In this document: one piece after another, positions 9,312-22,400 of the stretch
Layout: each line of letters starts with the position of its first letter
Numbering within the stretch: position 1 is the first letter of the stretch
Origin: Ostreococcus lucimarinus
Taxonomy: Eukaryota
Length of the DNA: 64,000 nucleotides
Reading direction: 5' to 3' (one strand)
Assembly (NCBI GenBank): GCA_000092065.1
Contig: CP000594.1
Position numbers and translations under genes: made by a program
Notes under the pieces: generated by a model
What the model was told of the DNA's origin: nothing
Seen by the model: only the letters and a program-made list of their open reading frames with translations
The model's database searches: none

Positions 9312-10694
9312 ATGTTGACGACGGCGATGGCGTCGTTTTCGAGCGAGGCGCTTCGCGCGTGGCGCGCGGGGGACGAGGAAGACGCGCGCGAACGCGCGGC
9401 GTTGATCGCGGCGAGCTCGGGGGGCGACGGCGGCGCGGATGGGGCGCGGGGGGGGGGCGACGACGGCGGCGCGAGGGCGAGCGCGCGAGGACGACGCGCG
9501 CTCGCGGCGGCGGCGTGCGTCGCGGCGCTGGTGGGCTTGGGGGCGTGCGCGCGCGCGCACGGTGCGGAGATGAGCGGGCGCGAGCGTGGGGTGCGCGCGG
9601 CGGCGCTCGGTGGGGAGGCGCGTTCGGGCGGGACGCGGCGGCGCGGCGCGCCGAGACGCGCCGCGCCGAGACGCGCCGCGGCCGCCGCGGCCGCCGTCGG
9701 GCAGAGCGAAGCCGAGAGCGGTCTAGTGGTGTTTAATGAAGCGCCGGAGTATACGTGCGCGAAACGGAATAAAGCTTTGAGAGAGGCTGCTTACGCCGCG
9801 AGGATGGGGTCGCCGTGGACGCCGGGGTGTCACTCAAAGCTAGGCGAGGAGGGGTGCACGAAGATTTCAGACGCCGGCGCGCGACTGGCGGCGTTGAGCG
9901 ATCACGTGTACGTCATCTGCATGAAGTGCGATAAAATAGTGCTCCCATTGCAGTGGGCGGGGAAGGTGACGACGGTGCACGGCGCCGACATCGATCCGTG
10001 CTACGGGCGCGCGGCCGCGGATCACTGGCACAAGGCGTCGATGTCGCACGTGCACGCGCTCCTCGACGCCGTCAAGTACCAGTACAAGACGGTGACCATC
10101 GTCGAAGAAGATGCGATAACGGTTTCACCCGATCGCGTGGACGCCAACGCGGGGTTCGACATCGACGGCTTAGAGCACGCGATCAAGAATGACTCGAGTT
10201 GGAACACCGTTCGCGTGGGTTACAGACCATTCTTTTTCGAGCAACAGTCTGCAAACGTCCCAGTCGGTTCGACACCGCATTACGCCTGCCCGCTGGCGTG
10301 TAAGTGCCACGAAACGACGGCGAAAAACGCGTGCATCGTGCGCGAGAATGGATGTGACATGCGAAGCAGCGACTTTTACATGATTCGCATGTCGCAGTCG
10401 CGCGCCATCAGAAAAACCGTCGGCGCGGGGAGCACGATCGACATGGAAGCTTTACGCAACGTGCATCATCAAATGTACGTGTTGCCGCAGCTCAGCTACC
10501 AAGCGAACCTCGATCGCACGCGCGAGCAGCAAGTGAATATGGCTCGACGATTCAGAGACTTGTGCTTTGTGCCGAAAACTCCGTCCGACGAAGTCGTGCA
10601 AGACGCGGCGACGGCGGAGCGCGAGTACGAAGAGCGAGTGAGCACCATCGAGTCCGCGGACTCGACGCGATATATCACCAAACCACAACGATAA
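9312..10694 (+). CDS. putative type-II membrane glycosyltransferase, weakly GT25-like (LPS/collagen galactosyltransferase family)
   Basis: ATG at 9312. N-terminus is a Gly/Ala/Arg-rich cytosolic tail followed by a single hydrophobic anchor (LAAAACVAALVGLGA). The lumenal domain has HVYVICMKCD...HKASMSHVHAL...IVEEDAI, loosely matching GT25 (IYVINL...GEIGCxLSH...LEDDAI). Family assignment is tentative. Confidence 0.35.
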   Translation: MLTTAMASFSSEALRAWRAGDEEDARERAALIAASSGGDGGADGARGGGDDGGARASARGRRALAAAACVAALVGLGACARAHGAEMSGRERGVRAAALGGEARSGGTRRRGAPRRAAPRRAAAAAAAVGQSEAESGLVVFNEAPEYTCAKRNKALREAAYAARMGSPWTPGCHSKLGEEGCTKISDAGARLAALSDHVYVICMKCDKIVLPLQWAGKVTTVHGADIDPCYGRAAADHWHKASMSHVHALLDAVKYQYKTVTIVEEDAITVSPDRVDANAGFDIDGLEHAIKNDSSWNTVRVGYRPFFFEQQSANVPVGSTPHYACPLACKCHETTAKNACIVRENGCDMRSSDFYMIRMSQSRAIRKTVGAGSTIDMEALRNVHHQMYVLPQLSYQANLDRTREQQVNMARRFRDLCFVPKTPSDEVVQDAATAEREYEERVSTIESADSTRYITKPQR

Positions 10695-10812
10695 CCACTC
10701 AGCTCGCGTCCATCGATTGTAGTCTCACGAGAGCCACTTAGCGAACGTCGCGCCGCCGCTCGACCTCGCCGCGCGCCGCGCGCCCGACCCTCCCCACTCC
10801 GCGGCGCGCGTC

Positions 10813-11055
10813 ATGGTCTTCGCCACCGCCGCCGCCCTCGCCCGTCGCGCCCGTCGCGTCGGTTTCAACGCCCTCACGACGAAGCTCGCCAAGAAGGGTT
10901 TCTACAAGGGCAAGGGCGCCGTCTCTCCCGGCGTCCGCACGCGCACCGGCCGGTTCAAGGTCGTCCCGTGGAAGCGTCCCGAGTACGTCGTCCCCGCCAG
11001 CGCGCACGGCGTCAGCGCGTTCGCGCCCTACGTCGAGCGCGCGAGCGTCAAGTGA
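10813..11055 (+). CDS. MRPL41: mitochondrial ribosomal protein mL41 (MRPL41 / yeast MRP-L27 family), 80 aa
   Basis: KKGFYKGKGAVSPGVRTRTGRFKVVPWKRPEYVVPASAHGVSAFAPYVE matches the mL41 signature (RGxKGxG...G..T..G.F......VPEFVVPDLxGFxLxPYV). Verified ATG at 10813, stop TGA 11053-11055. Confidence 0.6.
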   Translation: MVFATAAALARRARRVGFNALTTKLAKKGFYKGKGAVSPGVRTRTGRFKVVPWKRPEYVVPASAHGVSAFAPYVERASVK

Positions 11056-11147
11056 TCGCGCGCGCGCGTCGATCGATCGCGCGCGCGCGCGCGTTCGCGC
11101 GCGCGCGGTTTGTAATTCATTCGTAGCGTCCTAGTCGTCGTCACACG

Positions 11148-11154
<7 letters not shown>

Positions 11155-11180
<26 letters not shown>

Positions 11181-11209
11181 ACGCGACGCGACGCGACGCG
11201 ACGCGACGC
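11155..11209. repeat. pentanucleotide microsatellite (GACGC)11
   Basis: gacgcgacgcgacgc... read directly, immediately upstream of the ATG at 11210. Confidence 0.85.
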
Positions 11210-11929
11210 ATGCGCGCGGTGCCGTGCACGTGCAAGCGCGGCGCGGCGTCCGCGCAGCGGCGCAAGCTGGAGAAGCGCCGGGACGCGCGCGAGGTCGAGC
11301 TCGAGCGCGCGCGAAGGCTCGAGGCTCGAGCGCGCGCCGAGGCGTTTCGACCGCCCGCGCCGGCGCCGGCGGCGACGAGCGAGCGAGAGGCGACGGCGCG
11401 CGTCGAGGAGGCGCGCGATGACGCGCGCGCGAGCGGAGAGGCGCTGCGACGGGCGAAGGAGGAGGCGAGGGCGAGCGAGGCGTGGGACCCGAACCGAGGG
11501 TATAAAAAGTTTCCAAACGTGACGGCGCTCTTCGCGGAGTACGACGCGAAACGCGCGCGATGGGTGGAGACGAAGCTCGAACGCGCGCTGACGATTTGGG
11601 GTGAGGTGACGGGGGGGGAGTTTAAGACGCTGGAGGCGTTTAATTGGTACTACGGGGAGGATTTGGACGCGCGCGACGGCGCGAACGCGAAATCCGTGAC
11701 GTACATGCTGCCCGCGGTGATGAAAGCGTCGGCACCGCGCGCGGTGGCGGAGATATGCGAAGTCGCGTGTCGCATCGGTGCGCCGAGAAGCGGTGCGATC
11801 GATTTAGGGGACAAGCTGCGCGCGCAGGCGGTGGCGAAGCTTGAAGAGGCGGCGGAGTTTGATTTGCTCGAAGACGACGAGTTGGAGACGCTCGAGGCGT
11901 TGAGGAGTTGGGTCGTGGAGGAAAAGTAG
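11210..11929 (+). CDS. hypothetical protein (239 aa): Arg/Ala/Glu-rich N-terminal half, non-repetitive C-terminal half
   Basis: Verified ATG. C-terminal half (NWYYGEDLDARDGANAKSVTYMLPAVMKASAPRAVAEICEVACRIGAPRSG...) is not low-complexity. No family recognised. Confidence 0.4.
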   Translation: MRAVPCTCKRGAASAQRRKLEKRRDAREVELERARRLEARARAEAFRPPAPAPAATSEREATARVEEARDDARASGEALRRAKEEARASEAWDPNRGYKKFPNVTALFAEYDAKRARWVETKLERALTIWGEVTGGEFKTLEAFNWYYGEDLDARDGANAKSVTYMLPAVMKASAPRAVAEICEVACRIGAPRSGAIDLGDKLRAQAVAKLEEAAEFDLLEDDELETLEALRSWVVEEK

Positions 11930-11962
11930 GTGGGAAGAAAACTTCTGTGTTGATGTATTTAT

Positions 11963-11972
11963 TGTAATGTAA
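11963..11972 (+). promoter_or_regulatory. two overlapping TGTAA motifs (green-algal polyadenylation-signal-like), ~35 nt after the stop of the 11210..11929 gene
   Basis: attgtaatgtaag read in sequence. TGTAA is the usual chlorophyte poly(A) signal. Confidence 0.3.
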
Positions 11973-12044
11973 GAACTCGGTTGCGTTGAAGAATTCATTA
12001 CGCGGGCTTTTCGGTGCAAAAAAGTACGCTCGCGCGGGTGCGTT

Positions 12045-12937
12045 TTAAAGCGCCGTCGGGCGCCCACCGTCGACGCCGTCGCTCGACGCCTCGGCGGAGG
12101 CGCTCAAATACCCTTGCGCCCACGCCTCGTCGCGACTCCATCCGTCCTTTCCAGATGAAATCGAATTCACCGCCGTGGGCTTGGGTTCAGACGTGTACGA
12201 CGGTCTAGCGCTCTCGACGCGCGAACCGACGGCGTCGAGAAGATCGTTCGCCCACGGCGCGCCCGGCATCACTCCCGACAGATTGGGATCGGCGAAGTGG
12301 GTCTCATCTTTCGGAGCCACCACGTACTCTCCCAATCGACGCTTGATCGCGTTCAGAGCCATCTCCGCTCGAAGCGTGCGCTTTTCAAGTCTTCTGTTCT
12401 CCGCGTTCAAGCTGAGCACTTCGCGCTCGAGCGAAAAGTCGTCCACGAGCATCTTCGCGCGCTCTAAGTGCATTTGCTCCACCTTCGCCCGCAACCGCTT
12501 GCGGTCGGCGCGCGCGGGCCAACCGAGAACCAAATTCCCAAAAAAAGCGCCGAAAAACCCACCCTTCATCACCCGTCGCGTCTCCGGCTTGAGATTCATC
12601 CACTCCTTTCTAATCGGCTCCGTCACCGGCTTCAACAAATTATTAATCTGCCTCGCCGTCGGCCCAAAGTGATCGACCGCCACGTTCATCGACGGCTGTA
12701 TCAACTTCGCCTTCTCATTCATCTCCTTCGTCACCACGTTCTGCGTCGACTGCGCCCACGTCGCCGTCGTCGCCGTCGCTCGTCTCGTCAGCTCGCTCGC
12801 CTTGTCGAACCACTTCCCCCACCCCCCGCCCTTGCCGTCGCCACCGCTCGCGCTCGTCGAGGCCCCACCGCTCGCGCTCTGCGCGCCGCTCGCGCCGTTC
12901 GGTTCCTTGATCGACCGCACCGCGCGTCCGCGCGCGC

Positions 12938-12974
<37 letters not shown>

Positions 12975-13094
12975 GCGTCGTCCCGTCCCTCGTCGTCGCG
13001 CGCCGTCGTCGCGCGTCGTCGCGCGTCCGCGAAACGCGCCGGGTGCGCCGCGATCGAGTCCGCGCGCGCCGAGTCCGCGCGGCGGCGGCAGCAT
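12045..13094 (-). CDS. hypothetical coiled-coil protein with a (Thr)12 tract and a GWGKWFDK.../FFGAFFGNLVLGW hydrophobic segment
   Basis: Minus-strand ORF. The first ATG is at 13094 (the track's 13151 start is TTG). No family recognised. Confidence 0.4.
12940..12975. repeat. trinucleotide microsatellite (GTC)12 encoding the poly-Thr tract on the minus strand
   Basis: ccgtcgtcgtcgtcgtcgtcgtcgtcgtcgtcgtcgtg read directly. Confidence 0.85.
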
Positions 13095-13430
13095 GGCGCC
13101 GCCGTCGTCGCGCGTCGGCGTGCGCGGACGCGCGACGACGCGTCGCGTCAACGGCTCGGTCGGACGAGGACCGCTACACAGCGCAATTGGAGGTACTTTA
13201 TGACCTCAGCGTTCATATTAGGACGGTGCGTGTACCTATTTACCGGACGAGGACTGCGTCGTATCGGTAAACAGTGCGAGCGACTGACGCTTCAGTCGCG
13301 GTCGCGCGACGGACCCGTCGTCGCGCCGCGGCGCGCGCGACGGACCGCGAGCGAGGCGTCGTCCGTCGCTCGACGTCCGCGCGGCGTTCGCGCGCGCGAT
13401 CGAGGCGCGCGCGCGTCGCGACGGACGACG

Positions 13431-16400
13431 ATGGTGTTCGAGCGGTTGTTGGCGGACCAACTGAACGCGAGGCTCGGGCGCGTGCTCGAGGGCGTCGATC
13501 GCGACGACGTGCGCGTGGGCGTGCTGAACGGAGACGTGCGGATACGGCGGGTGCGGGTGCGGGCGTCGGCGCTGACGAAGATATTGGACGAGCCGAGCGC
13601 GCGGGTGCGGTGCGGATTCGTGGACGAGCTGCGCGTGCGCGTGCCGTGGAGGAACTTGGGGAAGGAGGCGGTGCGAGTGACGTTTCACGGGGTGTACGTC
13701 GTGGGGGAGATCGATGTGAACGGAGACGACGAGGCGCGGGAGAGCGAGGAGGAGCGGAGGGAGAGACAGCGGGTGAAGGCGTTGAGGACGGCGCGCAGGG
13801 CGGCGGACGCGGCGGAGCGGGCGTGGTTGAAGTGGAATCCGGCGGTGAACGCGGAGGCTTTGGAGGCGGAGGACGGCAGGGAGAGCGCGCAGGATGGGGT
13901 GAGGAAGAGGAGCGCGATCGCTGGGCTCATCGACGTCGCCCTGGCGAACGTTCTGATTGAAATTTCAAACGTGCACGTCAGAATCGAGGGCGAGTACGGA
14001 GCGGGCGTTCCGTGGGGAATGGGACTCGTGCTCGAACGCGTGTCGCTGACGACCGTTGGAGAAGATTTCGAAAATGACTTCAAAGTCGGCGGTTTCGCCG
14101 ACAGTTTACGAAAGATGATTGCGTTAGAGCGCGTCGGCGTGTACGCCGATTTCAATTCGCCGTCAGTCGCGTCAGAGACGCCGGACGGTTGGCGAGGCAT
14201 CCGCGAAGACCAATTCGTGCGGCAAATGTCCGCGGTCTTCAATACCGAGGTTGGCGAGCGCATGAAAGAAGGCACCAGCGGCGATGTCGTGATACCGCAA
14301 TCGTACGTATTCGGACCGTTACGAGGAACGGCGACGTACGCGAGAAGAGGTCACGCCGAGGACACCAACACGCCGCTGCATCAATTACGGATGGATATAA
14401 ATTCTATTCAAATCAGCATCAAGTCAACGCAGCTTAAGGTGTTTTACAACATGTACTCCAATTTACGCACCAGTCGCGTGCGGTACACGTATGCGCATAT
14501 ACGCCCAAGGGTCGGCGTCAAAGGAAATGCGCGTTTATGGTGGCGTTTCGCGGGCGCCGGCGTTCAGATGCACGTCGACGAAATACGTAAACGGCGTGGA
14601 TTGGACTTTAAATCTAGTGTTAGCGCTATGGTGCGCATAACTGAGGCTCGCCAGCGTTATATTCCTTTATACGTCAAGCATTTGCGCTCTGCACCGCCAC
14701 CTCCAGAGTGTCTAATCGCCGAACGCGCCGAGCGACGCAATAAGCTTTGGCCACCTAAACTGAAGATTGGGATGTCGACAGAAATTGATGAAATCGAAGA
14801 AGGTATTCCCCTGCAGAGTATTATTACTTTCCGAACGCTGGCGCACGTAGAATACCGGGAGTCTGGCGGGGTGAAAGCGGCGGTAGCGAGAGAACGAGCG
14901 GCTCGCTTTGGCAAACGTCGGGTCGTCAGAGCAGTCGTCGGTCTCGCGGGCGGTGGTGCGAAGAACACGGCAAAGGTATTGAAAGGGCTGTCGGCGCCGA
15001 TTCGTGGTCTTGCTCGAGCAGTTAACAAACGCGACTCGACAGCATTATTAGTCGAGAGGCAAAAGCGTTTGCGAAAGTCGCAACCGGAAGAAGATGATGA
15101 TTCAAACTGGCGAGAAAGTCTAGAGAATACGGTGCAATTGAGCCAGCGAATGGTGGCTCTAGAAGAAGAAGCCGTGCACTCTTCGGTTGAGCTATCCGGA
15201 GTGGTGAATGTTGAAAAAGTATTAGTTTGCATGGTTGATGACGAGGTTGACAATCCAATCGGTGAGCAGGAGATTTTTAGAATAGGTGTCCATGAAGTCA
15301 GTTTGGGAACGCTGCGAGGTTCTGGACGACGAGAACAACGCGTTTCTATCCGCCGATTGGCGATCGTAAGCCCGGAAGGGACACTACTCGATTCCAGTAA
15401 GACCACTGATAATGAAGAGAGAGCGACCTCTCTCGATCGTTCACAAGTTGCGTTATGGGACAAGGCGTCCGAGTGTAACGCGGTGCAATTGCAAATAGTC
15501 AAAGGCGATGTCGAGACAGAAGAAGATATCTTCATAAAGTTTCAGATGAGGCAGTCGATCGTGCACTTATTGCGAGAGCCTTTAGATAGAGTGGCGCGAG
15601 TGGCTGTGCGACACAAAGTGACGACGGCATATCTCGAATCTTTCATTTACGACGATGAAGCGAAACAGCGCAATCACACACACTCCATCGAAAAGCAGGC
15701 AGATGAGTTCAAAATCAGACCAAGAGTGCGATTAGACGCGCGAGTTCACGGTCCCGTGATTATTTTGGATGGCGACGGCGTAAACTTACGCATAGACCTT
15801 GGTACAACGGTAATTGAGTCTATGACGCCAGTTTCAGCTGGCATCGAGAGCTCACTAGCAAAAGAACACAATGTTTTCTCATTTCAATGCACAGGATTCC
15901 AAGTCGGATTTATCGACGATGAATGGGATACGAATTCGAACCGACCTGTGGAAGATGAACAGATAATACTTCCGCTGTTGAGTGCACCGTCGTCAAACAC
16001 CGTCGTGATTCAAAATTTGAATGCCGCATCCGATGCGCCGAATCTCAAGGTGCACTCAAAGTTCAGCGCCATTGATATTTCGGTTTCTCCTGTGCGAGTG
16101 TTTAAGATCCGTTCTTTGGTCAAGGCATTGAAGCCAACAACGTCCATAAGTGAGGAACACGTCGCCGCGGTTGTCACCGAAAACGAGGTCCGAGTGCTGC
16201 TGCTGCAATTGGATGAAAGCGGCGAAGTGTGTTGGATACCGGCGACGATATCGTTGCAAAACAATAGTTCTATGGATATTAGAACGATTAATGGGCTCAA
16301 AAGTCGAACAATTCACATCAACCTCATGGAAAGCAACGGGGCGAGCAAATTGCGAAGTGACATTTGCGCGAAACTCTCCTTGCACAAGGACGTACTCACT

Positions 16401-19400
16401 ATCGGTGAAACTGTGCATTCTTTGGACGAGTTAATGATTTCAGCTATGTCGGATGATAGTCTCAGCGTGATGTTTGATATTGACGATGATGATGCGAGAT
16501 CTCGCGACACGGTCCTGTTCGATGCATGGTACGCACGGATTAACGGCGTCGCTCGCGAAAATATCACTAGGCTGACAAATGCTGCAAAGAACGGCAAGCT
16601 GTCGAAGACTCAAGTGATTTTAAGTGTCGGCGCCGAAAAGCTGTCTGTTCATGTTTTTGCACCTCTCAAAGCACATCCATCCGAAGATGATTCCGCTGTG
16701 ATAAATGACGAATCAGATTCTGAACGAGCGCTCGCAAGCCTTTGTTTCGACGAGCTCAACTACGACTCGTCGTTGGCTCGTACCGTGAAAGTCCATCATA
16801 TAAAAGCAAACTCACTCGTTTTGTACGACAGATATGCAAGTGAAGGTCTTGGACGCGAGTGCATCGCCGGAATTGGAGGACAGGGCTCCGGTCAACCCCT
16901 ACTTACAGTCACGGTCGCCGTTCGCCATCAGAGCGATCCCCAATATTGCGGATTGGACAAGCTGATCGAAGTCGACATTCACAAAGAGTTAGTGATGAAT
17001 ATTCGTCGGCCCACGCTCCTTGCATTGATCTCGTTGAGATTCAGACTGCGTCCACCCGGTTTCAAGATTATTAAGATCATGCCTGATGTATCGTCGCGCA
17101 TCATGATTTCTGGCAAGCTCGTAAAACGGATCAAACGCGAGATACGCGTGAACGTTGCGGCAGTGACTGCGAATGGCTTTTATGATCACGACAAAGAGAT
17201 GGATGTTCCTGTGCTAGTGTTGCGTGCCGAAGATTCGTATTGGAGCACCATTATCAGTCCTCCAACACGTGAAACAAGCGTAAGCGTTGGCACCATAAAA
17301 CTTGCGACGGGACAGATGCAAGCTCGGGGCGCTTGGAATCTACAACCTTCACCCGAGTCGAGCTCAAACATCATACTTTTACGTAATGACGTGTACGACA
17401 GAGGAGAAGAATTAGACGGGGCCGATGTGTCGTGGGAGATCGAGCTCGGAAATTTGGACATAGTTATGACTCCTGAGATGAAGGAAATTGGATCGTGGTT
17501 CGCATTCTTTCGTCAAATAAGACCTGATCATATTGAAAAGTACGTCCACCCATGTGCACGACCTCGAGCTGGATTTCAAGTGCTCAAATCCCGTCTCTTG
17601 ATCAAGATGGACGATCAAAGGATCACCTTGCCCGTCGCCCTCAGCGAGGGCGAGTCAAATCACGACGTCGTCATCAACTCAGGATGTGTAGAAATCACCA
17701 GATCATTTTCTTCGAAAGCAATCAATGAAGCGCATTCAATATTTTGGCAAACAACGGCATTGAGCGTGTCAGAGTTTGAAGTAAGTGTCATCTCATTTGC
17801 GGAGAAGCGGAGAGAAAGCGTTTCTAAAATTACGCAGAAGCCGTTTGGTGTGAAATTGTCTTTGCGGAAGAGAATTGACAGTGGCCCCGCAATCGTGAAT
17901 GAACTCGATGATAAGAACAAAATCAGAGTGCAGCCTATTTTCCTCGACTTATCCGGTAGCGAATTTCGATGTGATCCACGATTCCATCAAGAACATTCAG
18001 TTGAGTAAAGTTCGGCCGAACGTCAAAGTGGAAAATCCTATCAGATGGGGTAGCGTCGGACCGCTCCCTGTTTCAGACGTGCTCGCGCCGGCATCGTTGA
18101 AGTCGATGGAATTGAGCGTTATTCTGAGCAGCGCAAAACTCCGCGTCTTCCGGCTACCGATGCAAAGTCGTCCCCTCTCAACGATAAAGGTAGTTGGCGT
18201 CGACGTGTTTGTCGTAAAAAACTTGAATCGCAAGTCTGGAATCAATCTCGACGCTACCGTGGATATGATTGGCGTCGACGATAATTCTCGACAATCCCAG
18301 AACCTTAAAGTCAAGCACGTTCTCTATGCGGGTTCTCCGAAATTACCATTGCTTCATTTGACGCTCGGTGTGAATGATGACAGCACGCGCCTGCGAATTT
18401 CGCTACAGCATGTAGAAGTATTGCTGCGTGTGGGAATCATTTTGGATACCATACGGACTTTCGCACCTCGAAAATTTGGAGGGGTCTTTTTAGCCAGTAC
18501 GATTCTTCCTCAAGACATTAAGTGCGTGCACGGCAGTGACTTCCATCTCGATAAGGATGTCACTCTGACGAAAAGTACGAGACTGCTGGCCGACGATCCC
18601 AAAATTGTTGCTGGCAAATATGTGCTGCGCGGAGGTGGACATACCATAAAATTCGCCGATGGCAAAGGAGCGATCATTCGTCATTATTCCCATGGCTCTC
18701 GACGCAAGACGATGCCACGCATTATTATCGGTCATGGCGCAACGCTGAAGATTGAAAACGTCACCTTCAATTGTACACGCTCAACATTGTCAAGGTTTAT
18801 CAAAATGATGCCCGGCGGTAGTTACTCCCTCGGTAAGAGTGTTTCCTTTGACGAGACCGAAGAAGAGTTGATACCGGTTCACGATGGTCTTGTTGAAAGC
18901 ACACCAGTTATTGATGCCGCAACAAAGCGTGCAGAAGAAGGACCAGGGCGAAGAATGAAGGAAATTAAAAAGAAACCGCTGTTGGTCGAGGTGGATGTGT
19001 CATGCGTACATATAGTCATCGGTGAAGAATTGAGAGCTGATCAGATCAACTTGATGTTTGGAGTCGATGTGGCAATAATTCGGGACGAAGAATTGAACAC
19101 GACGGGAACTTATCAGCTACTTCGTCTTCGTACGAAGGACACTATGAAACCACCGCTTCTGGAACCAGCAAGCGTGACAATGCACGTTGTATCGCGTGAT
19201 GGCGGCACCACAACTTGCACGGGGTGTGTGACACCTATCAAGATGCAGTTGAGTCCCAACAGGATTTGTATCTTGAAGAATTTCACGGAACGTATTGAGC
19301 GATCATTTGCAATTGCGCCCATCTTGCAAACCGGCGTGTATTCGTGTGTCTGGGCAGGACATGCAACCACTTTAACAAAAAAAGTAACTGAGGCGGGTGT

Positions 19401-22400
19401 GCTCCGACAAAATCAAGCCGGTAGCAATACTTCCTACTCTATCTGGAGACCCGTTGCTCCACCTGGTTACGCCATACTATCTGATGTCGTGAAGTCTGAA
19501 GGAGGAGCTCCTGAAACGCAAGTTTTGATCGTTCGGGATGCGCCCGCTCTGTGCACGTTGCCAGAGAGATTTGAGAAAGTCAAAGGCACCGCAAATCCTT
19601 GCCTGTGGCGCCCGATCGCACCGACGGGTTTCGTGAGCTTAGGCGATATTGCGTCAGTATCGGATGCGGATGAACCGTCGCTGGACGTCGTCCGGTGTAT
19701 TCGAGAAGAGCTCGTGACGAACATCGGTCAAGCGTCTACACTCGCAAACTTTCGCTTGTACGGAGATTTCAGTCAATCGAATACAACGTTGTGGCAAATG
19801 AATAACAGAGTCCGCGGATTCGTGGTGGTCTCGAAGTCGAATATTCGGCCTTACGCGTACGACATTCGCTCCCCTCCTGGATTTCAACGCAAAGTTTCGA
19901 CGGGAACCAAGGAGAAGATAAAGCTGCAGGAAAAGGAGTGCGAGTGTGCCACCGCGGTGAATTTCAAAAAGATTGGCATGGCACAAAACGCGAAGTCAAC
20001 TGTTGGGTTTTGGGAAGTCATTCCGCCTACGGGTTATGTATCCACCGGACACTGCATGAGTGTGGGCAAACTTCCGCCTTTAAGCAGTAGAGTGTTCGCG
20101 GACGATAAACGTACTTTTCGACAACCAGAGTCATATGAAAAAGTTGCTTCAGCGCGTACGTACGGCACCACACAGCGTTTGACAATTTGGAAACCAGTGC
20201 CATGCGCCGGGTTTGTGAGCGTCGGGTTTGTTGTCACCACTGAAGATAACGAGCCTTCTGTGAATGACTCGATCGTCTGCGTCCGAGCAGAATTGGTATC
20301 TTACATGCATCAAAGGAACTGGACTACAGACAACTCTGTTTGGACAGTTGACGAAAATGCTACAGACACCACGCACTTCTGGATCCACAAATGATCACAC
20401 GAAAAATTTCGTTATGAGTGTTTTGACGACTGGCATGACGCCCGATTTCGGCTTTGATATCGGCTTCCTAGAAAGCTCTTCGTTAAGGGGGCAAGTACAA
20501 ATGCCAAATTTCATTATGAAATTCGACGTGCCTCTTGTGAGCGTCGGACTCTCATTTGAAAGATTGTTTCGCAACCAGATGCTCTTCTTGCTTCGATTGG
20601 AAAAAACGAAGTTGAGTTGTACGAAAACGTCGAAATTGAATCTGTCGTTAGATTCTTCGCTGTCTCTCCTGCATAGAAATACGCGACTGGGATACAGTCT
20701 AGAACCCATTGTGGCGCCGTGGAAGTTTTCGGTTCTGTTGGATGACTCAAAAAATGATGTTTCGGGCGTGAATCCCGCGGGGTTGGACATGTTCATTGAA
20801 AGTAAAAAGAAGATTGAGATAATCGTCAATCAAGCCTCCATAGTTGACGCAGTGGATGCCGTGATGCAGTTTAAGAAACCACGCGACAAAAACTCAAAAA
20901 TTGCACATTTGTTGGCTTACGAAGCCGTGCAAAACAACGTCATTGTGAATTCCACGGGACGCGACTTATGGGTTCGCGAACTGAATGGCAATATACAAGA
21001 AGTACCGCCTGGAAATAGCATTTCGCATTTGGTACATGCCGCTGAAACCGAAGCAAATTCTGGATTCGAGAGTGCATCAAATGAGCAGACGATGCGCGGT
21101 ATGACTGACGTCGTTGATGACATGAATCATCACGGTGACGAACAGCTCATTATCGCATACCTGATGATGGATATCGTGGCAATTGACTCGTTGGATGACT
21201 GGCTTTACCCCCGCATAACTTTCAAGATTTGGGATGAGGCTTTGCAGGGTCATCGTACCGATCCATTACCCATCGGCGTTACGCGCGGCTCAGCAAAGTT
21301 ACCGATCCCTCATCCTTTTTTCCATCGCGATAGTGATAGCGAGTTCATCAACAATGACGATATCACCATTATCGTCGAAATTTCTCATATTGGGCCAAAT
21401 GGCGAAACATTGAGCTTCAGTGGTGACTTTGAAGCTCCAATCGAACAACAACGCGGTGGATGGATTGGCGGTAAAACTGGAAGCTGGATAGACTGTGCTG
21501 CAGGCAATGGTGACTCCGTGAGAATTAAGCTGCGCGCTCGAGTGGTGGAAGGTTTGAATGGCGACGCCAGTCACAGAAACGGTAGAGTTGTATCAACTCT
21601 TAAAGAGTCCGCAGAAAACGATTATCAAGAGTAAATTACAAGTTGAATCACCACCTCTCATCGTGTGTCGTACGAATGACATGGTGAAGCAATGGTGGAC
21701 AAGAGATCATCAGCAAAGTAAAAGTGCCCTAAGTGCTTGGAAGCCGCACGTCCCATCGACGTATGAACTCGAGACGAGATATAAGTTTTGTTCGAGTAGA
21801 GCTGAAAACGAGTATAAACTCGTACCTTTTGGGACCATCCTCTTGCCCGGCCTCATCGCGCCTCGCAGTGCGCTCATGGCAGTTGTCTTAGAACATAATT
21901 CAGATCAGCGGGCACCGACTGCTTTTCCCTCGGGGTTCGAAAATATTTGGACGAGCGATAAAAATGATGTCTCATTTTGGAAGCCCATTGCACCAGACGG
22001 TTACGTTGCAGTTGGTAACGTGGTTGCGGCGAGCGCCGAAATGCCTTCCACCGATTGCGTCGTTTGTGTTCGCGAGGATTTGACAAAACTTGCAGAAGTG
22101 CCTCCGGATGTTGCATGGAAATCGAACAGACGATTTCGCAATAATGATGAAAGAGAATTGGCGCTTATTCAAAACGGCCAACTGAGTACTGGTGGATGGT
22201 CGTTCTTGAAGGAGAAAATCAAGCGCACGAGTCCAGGCGTGATTTCGAACGTCATTCCATCTATGCATAGACTTAATGACAGGATGTGCATTCATTCTTT
22301 GGATGACGAAGGTATTCGCGAGTTTTGGATCGATAACCGCACTCATATAGATCATATAAAGCAAGAATTACAAGCTGGAGAGTCAATTCTCGCCATTTCG

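Noticed and set aside
7825-9560. Long ORFs 7825..9003(+) and 8487..9560(-) overlapping the HMA ATPase 5' region and the GC-rich intergenic tract
   Set aside because: Arg/Pro/Ala homopolymeric junk with no domain-like segments. They overlap a confidently assigned gene in antisense or lie in ~80% GC spacer.
12468-13430. 5' extension of the VPS13 ORF upstream of ATG 13431
   Set aside because: The extension is Arg/His/Leu-rich low complexity and starts at a non-ATG codon. The conserved chorein-N motif begins exactly at M13431. The interval is instead antisense to the 12045..13094 gene.
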